Source: Antedon mediterranea
Taxonomy: Eukaryota > Animalia > Echinodermata
Reading direction: 5' to 3'
DNA length: 64,000 bases
Assembly (NCBI RefSeq): GCF_964355755.1
Contig: NC_092671.1
Span: forward strand, 38,078,304-38,142,303
Part shown: piece after piece, positions 50,415 through 62,634 of the stretch
Position numbering within the stretch: the stretch's first letter is position 1
Layout of the letters: each line of letters opens with the position of its first letter
Program-made: the position numbers and the translations under genes
The notes under the pieces: generated by a model
Seen by the model: only the letters and a program-made list of their open reading frames with translations
What the model was told of the DNA's origin: nothing
Databases searched by the model: none

Positions 50415-52860
50415 CCTAAAATATATAGTTATTATTAACTGTTATAATATAGGGGGTGCAATCTGTCACGGGGTACCTAATATTCTAGACAGTCCGTAAT
50501 ATATTGCACCCCCTATAATATATAGTTATTAACTGTTATAATATAGGGGGTGCAATCTGTCACGGGGTACCTAATATTCTAGACAGTCCGTAATATATTG
50601 TACCCACTATAATATATAGTTATTAACTGTTATATTACAGGGGGTGCAATCTGTCACGGGGTACCTAATATTCTAGACAGCCCATAATATATTGCACCCC
50701 CTATAGTATATAGTTATTAACTGTTATATTATAGGGGGTGCAATCTGTCACGGGGTACCTAATATTCTAGACAGTCCGTAATATATTGCACCCCCTATAG
50801 TATATAGTTATTAACTGTTATAATATAGGGGGTGCAATCTGTCACGGGGTACCTAATATTCTAGACAGTCCGTAATATATTGCACCCCCTATAGTATATA
50901 GTTATTAACTGTTATATTATAGGGGGTGCAATCTGTCACGGGGTACCTAATATTCTAGACAGTCCGTAATATATTGCATCCCCTATAGTATATAGTTATT
51001 AACTGTTATAATATAGTGGGTGCAATCTGTCACGGGGTACCTAATATTCTAGACAGCCCATAATATATTGCACCCCCTATAATATATAGTTATTAACTGT
51101 TATAATATAGGGGGTGCAATCTGTCACGGGGGTACCTAATATTCTAGACAGCCCATAATATATTGTACCCCCTATAGTATATAGTTATTAACTGTTATAA
51201 TATAGGGGGTGCAATCTGTCACGGGGGTACCTAATATTCTAGACAGCCCATAATATATTGCACCCCCTATAATATATAGTTATTAACTGTTATAATATAG
51301 GGGGTGCAATCTGTCACGGGGTACCTAATATTCTAGACAGCCGCCCATAATATATTGTACCCCCTACAGTATAGTATATAGTTATTAACTGTTATAATAT
51401 AGGGGGTGCAATCTGTCACGGGGGTACCTAATATTCTAGACAGTCCGTAATATATTGCACCCCCTATAATATATAGTTATTAACTGTTATATTACAGGGG
51501 GTGCAATCTGTCACGGGGTACCTAATATTCTAGACAGCCCATAATATATTGCACCCCCTATAGTATATAGTTATTAACTGTTATATTACAGGTGGTGCAA
51601 TCTGTCACGGGTTACCTAATATTCTAGACAGCCCATAATATATTGCAACCCCTAAAATAGATAGTTATTAACTGTTATATTACAGGGGGTGCAATCTGTC
51701 ACGGGGTACCTAATATTCTAGACAGACCATAATATATTGCACCCCCTATAGTATATAGTTATTAACTGTTATAATATAGGGGGTGCAATCTGTCACGGGG
51801 GTGCAATCTGTCACGGGGGTACCTAATATTCTAGACAGTCCGTAATATATTGCAACCCCTATAGTATATAGTTATTAACTGTTATAATATAGGGGGTGCA
51901 ATCTGTCACGGGGTACCTAATATTCTAGACAGTCCGTAATATATTGCAACCCCTATAGTATATAGTTATTAACTGTTATAATATAGTGGGTGCAATCTGT
52001 CACGGGGTACCTAATATTCTAGACAGCCGCCCATAATATATTGTACCCCCTACAGTATAGTATATAGTTATTAACTGTTATAATATAGGGGGTGCAATCT
52101 GTCACGGGGGTACCTAATATTCTAGACAGCCCATAATATATTGCACCCCCTATAATATATAGTTATTAACTGTTATAATATAGGGGGTGCAATCTGTCAC
52201 GGGGTACCTAATATTCTAGACAGCCGCCCATAATATATTGTACCCCCTACAGTATAGTATATAGTTATTAACTGTTATAATATAGGGGGTGCAATCTGTC
52301 ACGGGGGTACCTAATATTCTAGACAGTCCGTAATATATTGCACCCCCTATAATATATAGTTATTAACTGTTATATTACAGGGGGTGCAATCTGTCACGGG
52401 GTACCTAATATTCTAGACAGCCCATAATATATTGCACCCCCTATAGTATATAGTTATTAACTGTTATATTACAGGTGGTGCAATCTGTCACGGGTTACCT
52501 AATATTCTAGACAGCCCATAATATATTGCAACCCCTAAAATAGATAGTTATTAACTGTTATATTACAGGGGGTGCAATCTGTCACGGGGTACCTAATATT
52601 CTAGACAGACCATAATATATTGCACCCCCTATAGTATATAGTTATTAACTGTTATAATATAGGGGGTGCAATCTGTCACGGGGGTACCTAATATTCTAGA
52701 CAGTCCGTAATATATTGCAACCCCTATAGTATATAGTTATTAACTGTTATAATATAGGGGGTGCAATCTGTCACGGGGTACCTAATATTCTAGACAGTCC
52801 GTAATATATTGCAACCCCTATAGTATATAGTTATTAACTGTTATAATATAGGGGGTGCAA
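50415..52860 (-). repeat. Tandem array of the same 94-95-bp unit in inverted orientation, ~26 copies
   Basis: Reverse complement of the unit in 45540-48365. Confidence 0.97.
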
Positions 52861-53452
52861 TGTGATTTATTTTTGGTGCATAATGCCCGGTGTTTTGGGC
52901 TTGTGTTCCTGTTCAATTGGCGTGTGTCCGTTTTCCTTCGTAAAATAATCATAAGACAACTAAACATAATGTTATATGGGCCTAAAACAACTTGAGATTA
53001 AATAAATATATTATAGATAAAATTAGGAGAGCGCTAGGGTGCTTAGAACGGTTATGAACATTCAAATCAAAATCATTGATTCATATGAAAAATAAACAGT
53101 ATATAACCGTAGTATACAGGCCCGTATACAGGCCATGACTTCATTATTAATAAATAAATAATAATAATGAATAATCATAGGCCTAATAAGTGTATAGTCC
53201 AAGGATCGAGTTATATAATACAAAGACAATTACTGAATTGTTGTGGGTTTCAGTGACAGGATCTCTGGATACAAAATAAAATAAAGAAAAAGCTAAATCA
53301 AAACGATAAATTAAAACAGCCTGAACACTTAGCAGAGCTTTTGGAAAACACTACCCCTTCATCAGTGCAAGTGAGAGTACGTAGACAAAACTTTATAATA
53401 CGTAGAGTAGGGGGTGCAATTTGTCACGGGGTACTGAAAATTTTAACTAAGC

Positions 53453-53756
53453 TAAAATAGGAAGATTAAACGAGACTTACCTGTAAGTTGAAGTTTGATC
53501 ACTATTTTATGAATATGTGAGTGAGGTGTAAACTGAGATCCCGACGCGCACGCGCACCCTCATACTTTAAATCAAACATGTCCAGAGTAATAATTTGCAG
53601 CGATAAGTATATATATGATAACCTGCATTGTTCTATAATAATAATTGTTTTACTTGGGGTGGGTTGAGGCGGGCAGTTTACACCTCACTCACATATTCAT
53701 AAAATAGTGATCAAACTTCAACTTACAGGTAAGTCTCGTTTAATCTTCCTATTTTA
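53453..53756. repeat. DIRS right terminal repeat and internal complementary region (83-bp inverted repeat)
   Basis: 53453-53535 is the reverse complement of 53674-53756; the adjacent 53757-53790 has a second TGTAAACTGAGAT block expected to match the left terminus. Confidence 0.9.
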
Positions 53757-54099
53757 TTTCATATACGTTCGCTGTAAACTGAGATGTTTAAAGCCAACTC
53801 TGGAAACATGTTTGAACTGTAAACCAAATAATTGACGGAAATGTTAGTTTCAATAAAACAACTTTATTTCCAAAAGTCTACATTCATTCATAAGGATGTT
53901 TGCCCTAACGGGCAACTTAAATATGACAACTATCGTGTTGTATTAATAATAAAGCATTTATTTTGCTTATAATCAATAGTCCAACGTTTTAGGATTCTCA
54001 CCCTAAAAACATCAACTAGAAAACTAAACAACAATATTAAACTGGTTCAAAATGCAAACAGGGGCTATTTGTAGTAGCCAACAACAAACACAACCAATA

Positions 54100-55089
54100 T
54101 TAATGAGTTGATGAATCAACTTTTCTCAACAGTGCCTGTTGAAATGACGGATTTTCTACAAATTTTATAGGCTTATTATAATATCTGTTTAGTGTGTGTT
54201 CGTTTCTCCACCCAGCTGTTTCCATTATTAAGTCAACCGGGACATTCCTTAATTTTGCTGATGAAGATGCAGCCGCTCGGACCGAATGGGCTTTAAATTT
54301 TGTTGTATCTACTCCTGCTTCTGATAAACCTGTCCTTATCCATCGAGCAATTGTGTCTTTTGATGCCTCGGCATACGGTTTCTTATGACATATAAAAAAT
54401 CTGTCCTTATTTTCCCTTAAATTACTAGTTTTTTCCCTGTACTTTAGAATTGTTCTGACCGGACATAGGGCAGGGTCTTCACTTTTGTGGAAAACCACCA
54501 GTTGACCTGTATTGTTTGGTCTGCTAGTTTTTAGTAATGTACAAATGTAAAAGGTGATTGCTTCATTCTCGATATTCATATTTGAAAATTTGAAATTATA
54601 TAAGGTTTGAAGCCTACTTGAGGACAATAATGCTAATAACAATGCTACTTTTATGGTAAATTCTTTAAGCGATAATGTATCGTCGTTAATTGTTCGCCTC
54701 AGATAGTCTGTAACTAAGCGAACATCCCAAATTTGTGCATATTTTGGAGTCGGTGGGTTAAAATTGAATAACCCTTTCATAAATCGTTTCAGTTCAATAG
54801 ACTCCTTCATGTTTATATCTAAGATTTTGAGAAAGTTTACAATTGCGCTTTTCGCCGTACTGATAGTACTGTAGCCTAAGCCCTCGTCCTTCAGCTTTAT
54901 CAAGAAATCGAGGACGTGACCGGTTTTTAGCTGTTGCCATGTGATTCCTCTGATTTCACAAAAGTCTATAAATTTTGTTAGCTGTGAGTTATATTGCTTC
55001 CACGTTGACCGTCTCCAGGATTGCAGAATGACGTCTGCTGCAGTATTGCTTATTCCTTTGTTGTAGAGTTCCGCCCTGATAGCCTGCAG
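54100..55089 (-). CDS. DIRS tyrosine recombinase
   Basis: SWRRSTWKQY N-terminal domain, R (SSRLQ), LKTSRP, LCPV, HSVR, AGW, RYYNKP; the frame is open from ~55098 with CTG at 55089. Confidence 0.92.
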   Translation of the reverse strand: MQAIRAELYNKGISNTAADVILQSWRRSTWKQYNSQLTKFIDFCEIRGITWQQLKTGHVLDFLIKLKDEGLGYSTISTAKSAIVNFLKILDINMKESIELKRFMKGLFNFNPPTPKYAQIWDVRLVTDYLRRTINDDTLSLKEFTIKVALLLALLSSSRLQTLYNFKFSNMNIENEAITFYICTLLKTSRPNNTGQLVVFHKSEDPALCPVRTILKYREKTSNLRENKDRFFICHKKPYAEASKDTIARWIRTGLSEAGVDTTKFKAHSVRAAASSSAKLRNVPVDLIMETAGWRNEHTLNRYYNKPIKFVENPSFQQALLRKVDSSTH

Positions 55090-57864
55090 GCAAAAAGGTT
55101 AAGTCTGTTATAAAGAGGATGACAATCATCTGAACCATGTAATGTTAAGGCATGTTTGGTATTCTTAAACCTCAGTGGTTCCCCAACCATCATTGATAGT
55201 AATTTAGGATACCAATACTGTGTTGGCCAGTTTGGGACCACCATGATAACTATGGCATTATCTGTCAATATTTTTTTTTGCAAACATCTACCTATAAGGC
55301 AGAACGGCGGAAAAGCATAGAGCTTGGCAGAGGACCAATTTTGTAGAAATGCGTCGATACCAATTGAATCTGGGTCCGGTTTCCATGATATATATTTCGG
55401 AAGCTGTGCATTGTGCCTAGAAGCGAATAGGTCTATATCTAGTTCGCCGAATGTTTTAGTGATTTTTATAAACAATTCTTTGTTAAGCATCCATTCTGTC
55501 TCATCTTTAAACTGACGAGACTTTGCATCAGCTATTATATTATCTCTACCTGGGATGTATTCTGCACTTATCCAAAAATTGTTCTCAATGCACCAAGACC
55601 AGATGGCTTTTGAAATTTTATTGCACGCAATTGATTTTGCGCCGCCCATGTTGTTTATGTAAGCTACTGCCGTGGTATTATCAATCTTCAACCTTATGTG
55701 CTTAGCTTTTCTCTCACGGGACAATGCTTTAAGGCCGAAAAAAGCAGCCAGCAATTCTAAGTAATTAATATTTAGTGCCCCTGTAGCATATGCAATGTCT
55801 AGGTCTTTGTTTATCCACCTTCCCCCAGTGTGGGTATGTCCATCAGTGGCACCCCAGCCTAGACCACTAGCGTCTGTCTCAATTGTTAGGTCGGGGTACC
55901 CATGATATATCAATTTATATGCGTCTTTGACATTATTTTGCCACCAAAGAATATCGTCCCGTCCATTGACGGAAATACTAATAGGCCTATCGTAATGGCC
56001 TTTATTTAGTTTTAGAGCTAGTATTTTCTCCTTCTCTAGTGCCCTATAATGAAGCTTTCCATACTCTACAGCAGGTAGTGTTGCTATAATTTTGCCTAAA
56101 AATTGCGCAACTTTCCTAATGGTAGTATGACTTAATGTAAGTATGTGTTTACTTTGAACTCTAATTTCCTCCTTCTTGTGATATGGAAGGGAAACCGTCA
56201 TACTTATAGAATTTATTTCAAATCCCAAGAAGGTTATGATCTGCGTAGGATTCATTACTGATTTTTCTCTATTAATGATAAAACCCAATGAGGCTAGAAG
56301 TTCACTAGTTTCCCTGGCGGTACCGCCGGCCAAGTCTTCTGACTGGTTTATACACAAAATGTCATCAATGTAAACCAACAGAATATGCCCTCTGCTGCGC
56401 AAAAACGCAATTGGGGGCTTCAATAATTTCGTGAAAAGTCTAGGCCCTGAGCTAAGCCCATTAGGCAATGCGACAAACTTATACAGGTTGTCTTTCCAAA
56501 CAAATTTTAAATATTTAGTGTCCGACTCTGCTATGGGTACAGTAAAATATGCATCTTTGAGGTCGACTGACGTCATATATACACCTGGTGAAATTAGTGT
56601 CAATGCATTTCCAAACATTTCCATTTTGAAATGTTTGTATGTCACATATTCATTTAATTTAGAGAGGTCTAATATCATTCTGAACCCTCCATCTTTCTTT
56701 GGCCTTGTAAAAATATTTGATACAAACTGGTCATGTTCAAACATGGCTGGTTTGACCACCCCTTTTGATATCAATTTAACTATTTGATCATCAATAGCCT
56801 CCATATCCATGCTGCTGAGTTTGTATGGATGAGGTATTTTTCCTTTTAGGTGGTAGGGTATGGCTTTATCAAACTCTATTTTATATCCTGAAACCGCATT
56901 TAGGATGTATGGATCCGAAGTATATTTTTTCCACCTATGTATATATGACCTGAGTCGACCTCCTACTATGTCAAGGTTATTATGTTTGTTAACCTTATTG
57001 TTAGGAGAAATACTTATATTATCAATCGACTCATACCTCTTCGGCTGTTGTTTTAGGTCCTTTTTCCCCTGATAAAATTTGGTCTGGTTGTAGTTGTTTG
57101 TTGACCATTTGTGTCGCCGGGTTTGACCTAAAAAAGGTTTGCCATTTCTATTGTATGGCTGGTATCTGTAGTTGTTGGACCTGGTCTTTGGTTGGTACGA
57201 CTTAAAATTAAATAAGCCCGCCGTAGCCTTCCTTTCCTCATCCAGTTTTTTAACTGTAGTACTCAGGTCACCAAATAAATACTCTGTAGGCTTAATGCTG
57301 GGTTTACATAAATGAGTATATTTGGCATTTATTTCCGGTTTCAACATCTCCTTACGAAGTGCAAGTAACTCGAAGTTCGCATTGGCAAGTAGGCCGATTG
57401 TGTCCTGTGCTATCTCCGATGACTCATTTCCATCAACTAATTTAGCAAGGGCGGTAATTCCCTTTATCAAAGGTTTTTGTACCTTTTGAAATTTTAGATC
57501 GTTAGACCGTGCCCTTGGTGTAATGGAATCCCAAATAGTTGGATTGACCTTTGGCACCATTAGGGCCTCTAGATTTTCCGGTATAGGATAGCTTTTGATC
57601 AGCTCGGTCATTGCACTCTCACTCATATGCGAGTGCAATAAGTATGTTAGCGTGTCAGCCAACTCTTGGCTAACTGCTGGTGCCAATTCGTTAGAAACAG
57701 CAAATCTTGCTGCAAAACCCGGAGGAAGGGGGCCTTTGACCTTACTATTACTATTAGTGGCTGGCCGCTCAGGATTTTCATCCTTCTTGGATAGTTGTGT
57801 AGCTGTTACTTCCCCCTCCTCCAGGTCAGACACATCACGTTCGTACTGATGATGCCTATCGTAA
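55050..57864 (-). CDS. pol: DIRS gag-like + RT + RNase H + methyltransferase-like domain in one frame (N-terminus cut off)
   Basis: 927-aa ORF: GGRL, KKDGGFRMILDL, DLKDAYF, LPNGLSSGPRLF, YIDD, TDAS..GWG, INYLEL, DNTTAVAY, DLFAS, YAFPPF, VPNWPTQYW. Confidence 0.93.
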
Positions 57865-58124
57865 TGTAATATAATGATATACCTTTATATTTAAAGTTGT
57901 ATTGTCCCCCAAAACATGAAAAATAAAGATGAAAAAAATCAAATTTTGAATAGACCATTTTGTATTTATAATAAAGTTATTCACTTTCGCCGAAAAAAAA
58001 TCCGAAAAAAATATTGATTTCGCTTATAAAAAATCAAAATAAGTTTACCATTTTTTCGAACTCATAAGTTCAGAAATTCCAAAATAACGATGGTTAGCTA
58101 ACAGCTCATAAATATGCATGATAT

Positions 58125-58755
58125 TGTAATATAATGTTTGGGTTGTTGAGGTACTAATGAAAGACTCTAACTCGCTTGACTGTCGTAACACATATATTGT
58201 TTATTCAGTATAATACTTCAGTACAATATACAACTATAAGTATAGATAAGGAACGCGGAGGATCAATGATGCTGTCAGTGAGGTGTGAAGTGTGTAGGTC
58301 TGCTTCTGAAGAAGTGGCTGTGAGGTGTGTGCTCCGTGAGGTGGCTGTAAGGTGTGTGCTCCGTGAAGTGGCTGTGAGGTGTGTCTGGGCCCTTCTGAAA
58401 CTTGGGAGTATATTGGCTCAGTTCATTTGCATAATGTCATTACATCATCTGTGAGGGTAACGATTGGTCCTAAGTTGGTCCAGGGGTGTTAAAGTGGGAG
58501 TGATTAACGGTATAATAAGGTATTTCTGTGATGGAGGACACTGTCAAATCTGTACTTAAATAGTGTCGATCACTCGATGGGAAAGTCACAAAATTAAGCT
58601 AAGTGTTTTCTTTAGGGACTCTATTATAAACTAAATGGTCATTAAAACATCTGGACAAACTCTCCTTTGGACTTTCTGGGTCAAGTTTGTGAACCTATTT
58701 GAATTCCGATACAAAGGTCAATTTCTTAAATATAAAGGTATATCAATATATTACA
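58125..58755 (-). repeat. 3' LTR; contains three 27-bp tandem repeats, an ATTTGCAT octamer and AATAAA
   Basis: Direct repeat of 60903-61535. Confidence 0.93.
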
Positions 58756-60569
58756 TCCCTCTGTTTCCCCTTTTTTTTTTTTTTTATCTATTTAACATAT
58801 AAAATGGTTATAATAGTGGCATGCAAAATTAAAGTTATATAAAAGAAAAAAAAACATTATTATACATATAAGCAAAAATTGAGTTAGCCAAAACCATTGA
58901 CTCTGAAGTGTAACCTTATCACTTTCACTCTCTCTCTTCTCTCTCTTAAAAAAATGAAATTAAAAATGAATTTGGTATAAAAATTCGCGTAAATCAAACA
59001 TAAATCAGTTAAAAATAAAATTACAAAACTTAAAAATAGTATGTTACATTGAACATACGTCAAATCGTGCGACAACTCATCGCGTTCTAATGGTCTTCAA
59101 ACATAAATCATCAAATCAAAACATAAAATTCAAGAAAACTGTGGCTGATTAGCCTAAAATCAAAATATCAAACTTAATCACTTAAAACTTTAAAAGAAAC
59201 AAATGTGTGTGTCCCGTTGACACAACTTATCCACAATATATCGTTATCGTCACAACTTTATCGATTTAAGCATTTATATTCACAGGTAATTACGATTTCA
59301 ATCAATCGACAAATTCGACTTTTGTACTCAATTTAAAAAAATTACAATTAAAAGTACTAAGAAAATCTCCTGTTATTGTATATCAATTAATTAATGCTTG
59401 AGATTAACGACTCAAAGGTTAAACAAAATATTTGTTACAAAATGATTGTCGTTCTTTTCAATATCTCAATATATCGATCATCAAAATTCAAAATTATTCT
59501 TTATAAAAAAAACTCGTTACAAAATCAATACTTAATCATAATTTTAATTCTCTTTTAACTGAAATCACATTATTATTAAACAAATCTCATCAAATATGTA
59601 GACTATGCTATCATTTAGCAAATGTCGTAATTTAAAAAATAATCTTGCAAAAAAAATTAAATCAGTAACTTGTTGCATTATACAAACGTTTTATGAATCG
59701 TTTTGGCGATCCACTTATCGGTATCTGTTTATCATTAATGATCTCTTTAATTAATTTATCTGTATCGTTATATCTGTCAATATTCCACCAAAATTTGCGA
59801 TCATTAGATTCGTGTTTTGTTTTATCGGTGTTGCGTTTGGCTGAAGTCGGTTTAGAATACGAAACTAAAACTTGGAAATGTCCTGCTTTAAATCTACCTC
59901 GGTTTAATGTCATATTTGAATCATTAGGTGCTGTCATGATTAGATTAGTTTGTTCCTTAATTTGTTCCTCTTTCATTTGGAATGGGGCTGCTAATCCCAT
60001 GTTATTCTCTACACAGTCAATGTAAGGTTGCAAGTTAAGGGGTTCTATCTTAGTTGGATGTGTAAGGGTATCTGATTGCAATTGGGCTGGTGTCCTATCA
60101 TGTTCGTCGATAAATTAAACATTGTTTTCGTCATTTACTACGTTAACGGTGTTCTGAATTTTCTCATTATTATTATCGGCGGCTTTATTCAACAATTATT
60201 TTAACAATTTAAAAAACAATTTTAGTGTGTATATATGTAAACTCTCACTTTTTCAATAAAGGTTACAAATCAAAATTCGAAATGGTTTTGACTTACCCCT
60301 AATGCTTCGGATCCAATTAAAATGAATTAAAAGAATGCAAAAAGTGTTAAAAAATGTTTAAATGTTCAAACAACGAATTAAAGAAATGTTAAAGGTGCTC
60401 ATCAATGTTCAACTTTTCAAACAACGAATTCAAAAAAATGCGAAAGGTGTTCATCAATGTTCAAAAAAGTAAATGTTAAAAAAACGATCGAAAAAAAAAC
60501 GGCGTGAAGTTGAAAGTCTCTAAACGAAACAGTTCTTGTCCGCTTGCTTCTGTTTTGATTCTTCTTGGG

Positions 60570-60775
60570 TCTTCCTCGATTATCTTCTTTGTTTTTATCC
60601 AATGGTTATAATTTCATAAAATTTCTGCTTGTCTCGATTTCATTCAAATATAATTTCAGCTTATCTTTTGTGTCTTCCTCGATTATCTTCTTTGTCTTCA
60701 TCCAATGGTAATAATTTGATAAAATTTCTGCTTGTCTCGATCTCATTCAAATATAATTTCAGCTTGTCTTTTGAG
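60570..60775. repeat. Tandem duplication of ~103 bp inside the non-autonomous LTR element
   Basis: TCTTCCTCGATTATCTTCTTTG...TATAATTTCAGCTT occurs twice in tandem. Confidence 0.85.
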
Positions 60776-60902
60776 TCAAAGTAAATTTCTCTCCTTTCAA
60801 ACAAATATGTTATTTTTGTCTTTGTCTTCGTCTTCGTGTCTTGTTAAGTGTTTATTTCTTGTTTTCTCACTCCGTTCCTTATGAAATTTGGGTCTTCCAC
60901 CA

Positions 60903-61535
60903 TGTAATATATTGTTGCGTTGTTGTTGAGGTACTAATGAAAGACTCTAACTCGCTTGACTGTCGTAACACATATATTGTTTATTCAGTATAATACTTCA
61001 GTACAATATACAACTATAAGTATAGATAAGGAACGCGGAGGATCAATGATGCTGTCAGTGAGGTGTGAAGTGTGTAGGTCTGCTTCTGAAGAAGTGGCTG
61101 TGAGGTGTGTGCTCCGTGAGGTGGCTGTAAGGTGTGTGCTCCGTGAAGTGGCTGTGAGGTGTGTCTGGGCCCTTCTGAAACTTGGGAGTATATTGGCTCA
61201 GTTCATTTGCATAATGTCATTACATCATCTGTGAGGGTAACGATTGGTCCTAAGTTGGTCCAGGGGTGTTTAAGTGGGAGTGATTAACGGTATAATAAGG
61301 TATTTCTGTGATGGAGGACACTGTCAAATCTGTACTTAAATAGTGTCGATCACTCGATGGGAAAGTCACAAAATTAAGCTAAGTGTTTTCTTTAGGGACT
61401 CTATTATAAACTAAATGGTCATTAAAACATCTGGACAAACTCTCCTTTGGACTTTCTGGGTCAAGTTTGTGAACCTATTTGAATTCCGATACAAAGGTCA
61501 ATTTCTTAAATATAAAGGTATATCAATATATTACA
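60903..61535 (-). repeat. 5' LTR with 12-bp terminal inverted repeat TGTAATATATTG
   Basis: Direct repeat of 58125-58755; followed by the PBS-like sequence. Confidence 0.93.
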
Positions 61536-62634
61536 ATATGTTAATGAGTATCCAAACAGGGGAGATCCGATCTGTTCACCACGTAAACAAACATGTGCGA
61601 AGAACAGAAGAAAGTGCTGGGGTTTCCCTGATCGTATGATGTAAAAAGCTCTGCCGTTAATTTGCTGGTAAGTAGAATTCTATTTTAGATGAATGATTGA
61701 CACATCCTCCTATAATAGTTTTTGGCGTATAGTTATAGGCTTAGCTATCTAGGCTAGGGCTATAATATAAGCCTACTTCTACTATCTAGTAGGGCCTAGC
61801 TAGGCCTAGTTAGTACTGTAGTTTACTACTGTGTAGTGTAGTGGCAGCTGTAGGCAGGCAGATAATCGGGTCAGAAAAGTAGACGGGAACCCACTTTGAG
61901 GCCTAGCTAGGTCCTATATGTCGTACTCACCTAGCTAAGCCATCACTCCACAACTAGCTACAGGAAATAGGCCTACTATGTTGATGTACCACTGATATAC
62001 ATTTGGAGCTCGAATTAATTTTAAAGTCTAACAAAGACTAACTGATGACAAAAAACGAACATTTGGAAAATGATCAGCATACAGTACCAAAGAAGTTGAC
62101 GGTAGAATAGATTGTTGTTGATAGCAACCAAAACGAAAACACTAGTAATTAGACTAGGCCTTTTTTAGGGAGGAGATGCACTTTTCAGGGATTCCTTACT
62201 GTACATTAGTACCCCAAATTGAAAACTTCAGATTCATGTACAGAAATAATAATTATATGTATGCAATAAATTGTGAAATATTTAACTTTTCTATTTGACT
62301 TTTGTATTTATACATCATTGTTTTTCAATTTATAGACTTAAGCTAATGAAGACTGGAACAGAAGTTACACCCATACAGCATTTTAAAGGCAACTGGCAGT
62401 AGACTCGGTAGTGAAACACAAGATAAATATTGGATGACTATCATAAAGCATTAGGCAAATGTGTTGGTTGTTTTCCAGCTTTTAAAATGTTGTATAGTTT
62501 TCATAATTAGAGCAATAACATTTGTATACAGCATTAAATAAATAAAAAATACTACTACAGTACATGAGATAAAATCACCATAATTTTAATGTGTGAAGAT
62601 TTACAGTACAGTACAGTAAAAAATGAGTTAATTA

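Larger units (their letters stand above)
44870..53445. mobile_element. Foldback-like structure: two oppositely oriented tandem arrays with outer single-copy motifs and a ~2-kb middle
   Basis: Arrays at 45540-48365 and 50415-52860 are reverse complements; outer motifs at 44870-44910 and 53408-53445 are also inverted; no transposase. Confidence 0.6.
53453..57864 (-). mobile_element. DIRS1-like tyrosine-recombinase retrotransposon; 5' end displaced or lost
   Basis: gag-RT-RNaseH-MT ORF, YR ORF, and right terminus/ICR inverted repeat. Confidence 0.95.
58125..61535 (-). mobile_element. Non-autonomous LTR retrotransposon (Gypsy-type cis signals) with a ~2.1-kb essentially non-coding interior
   Basis: LTRs at 58125-58755 and 60903-61535 (TG...CA), 4-bp TSD ATAT, PBS-like TGGTGGAAGACCC below 60903, PPT AGGGGAAACAGAGGGA above 58755. 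Confidence 0.92.

Noticed and set aside
45540-52860. CRISPR-like appearance of the regularly spaced palindromic repeats
   Set aside because: Units are fully repeated with no unique spacers, there are no cas genes, and the context is eukaryotic
54100-55500. Phage integrase plus DNA methyltransferase suggesting a prophage or bacterial contamination
   Set aside because: Both are standard DIRS1 components, linked here to RT/RNase H and an ICR
58176-58454. Duplicated 92-aa ORF (also 60956..61234) with EVAVRCVLR repeats
   Set aside because: Antisense translation of 27-bp tandem repeats in the LTR with a non-ATG start
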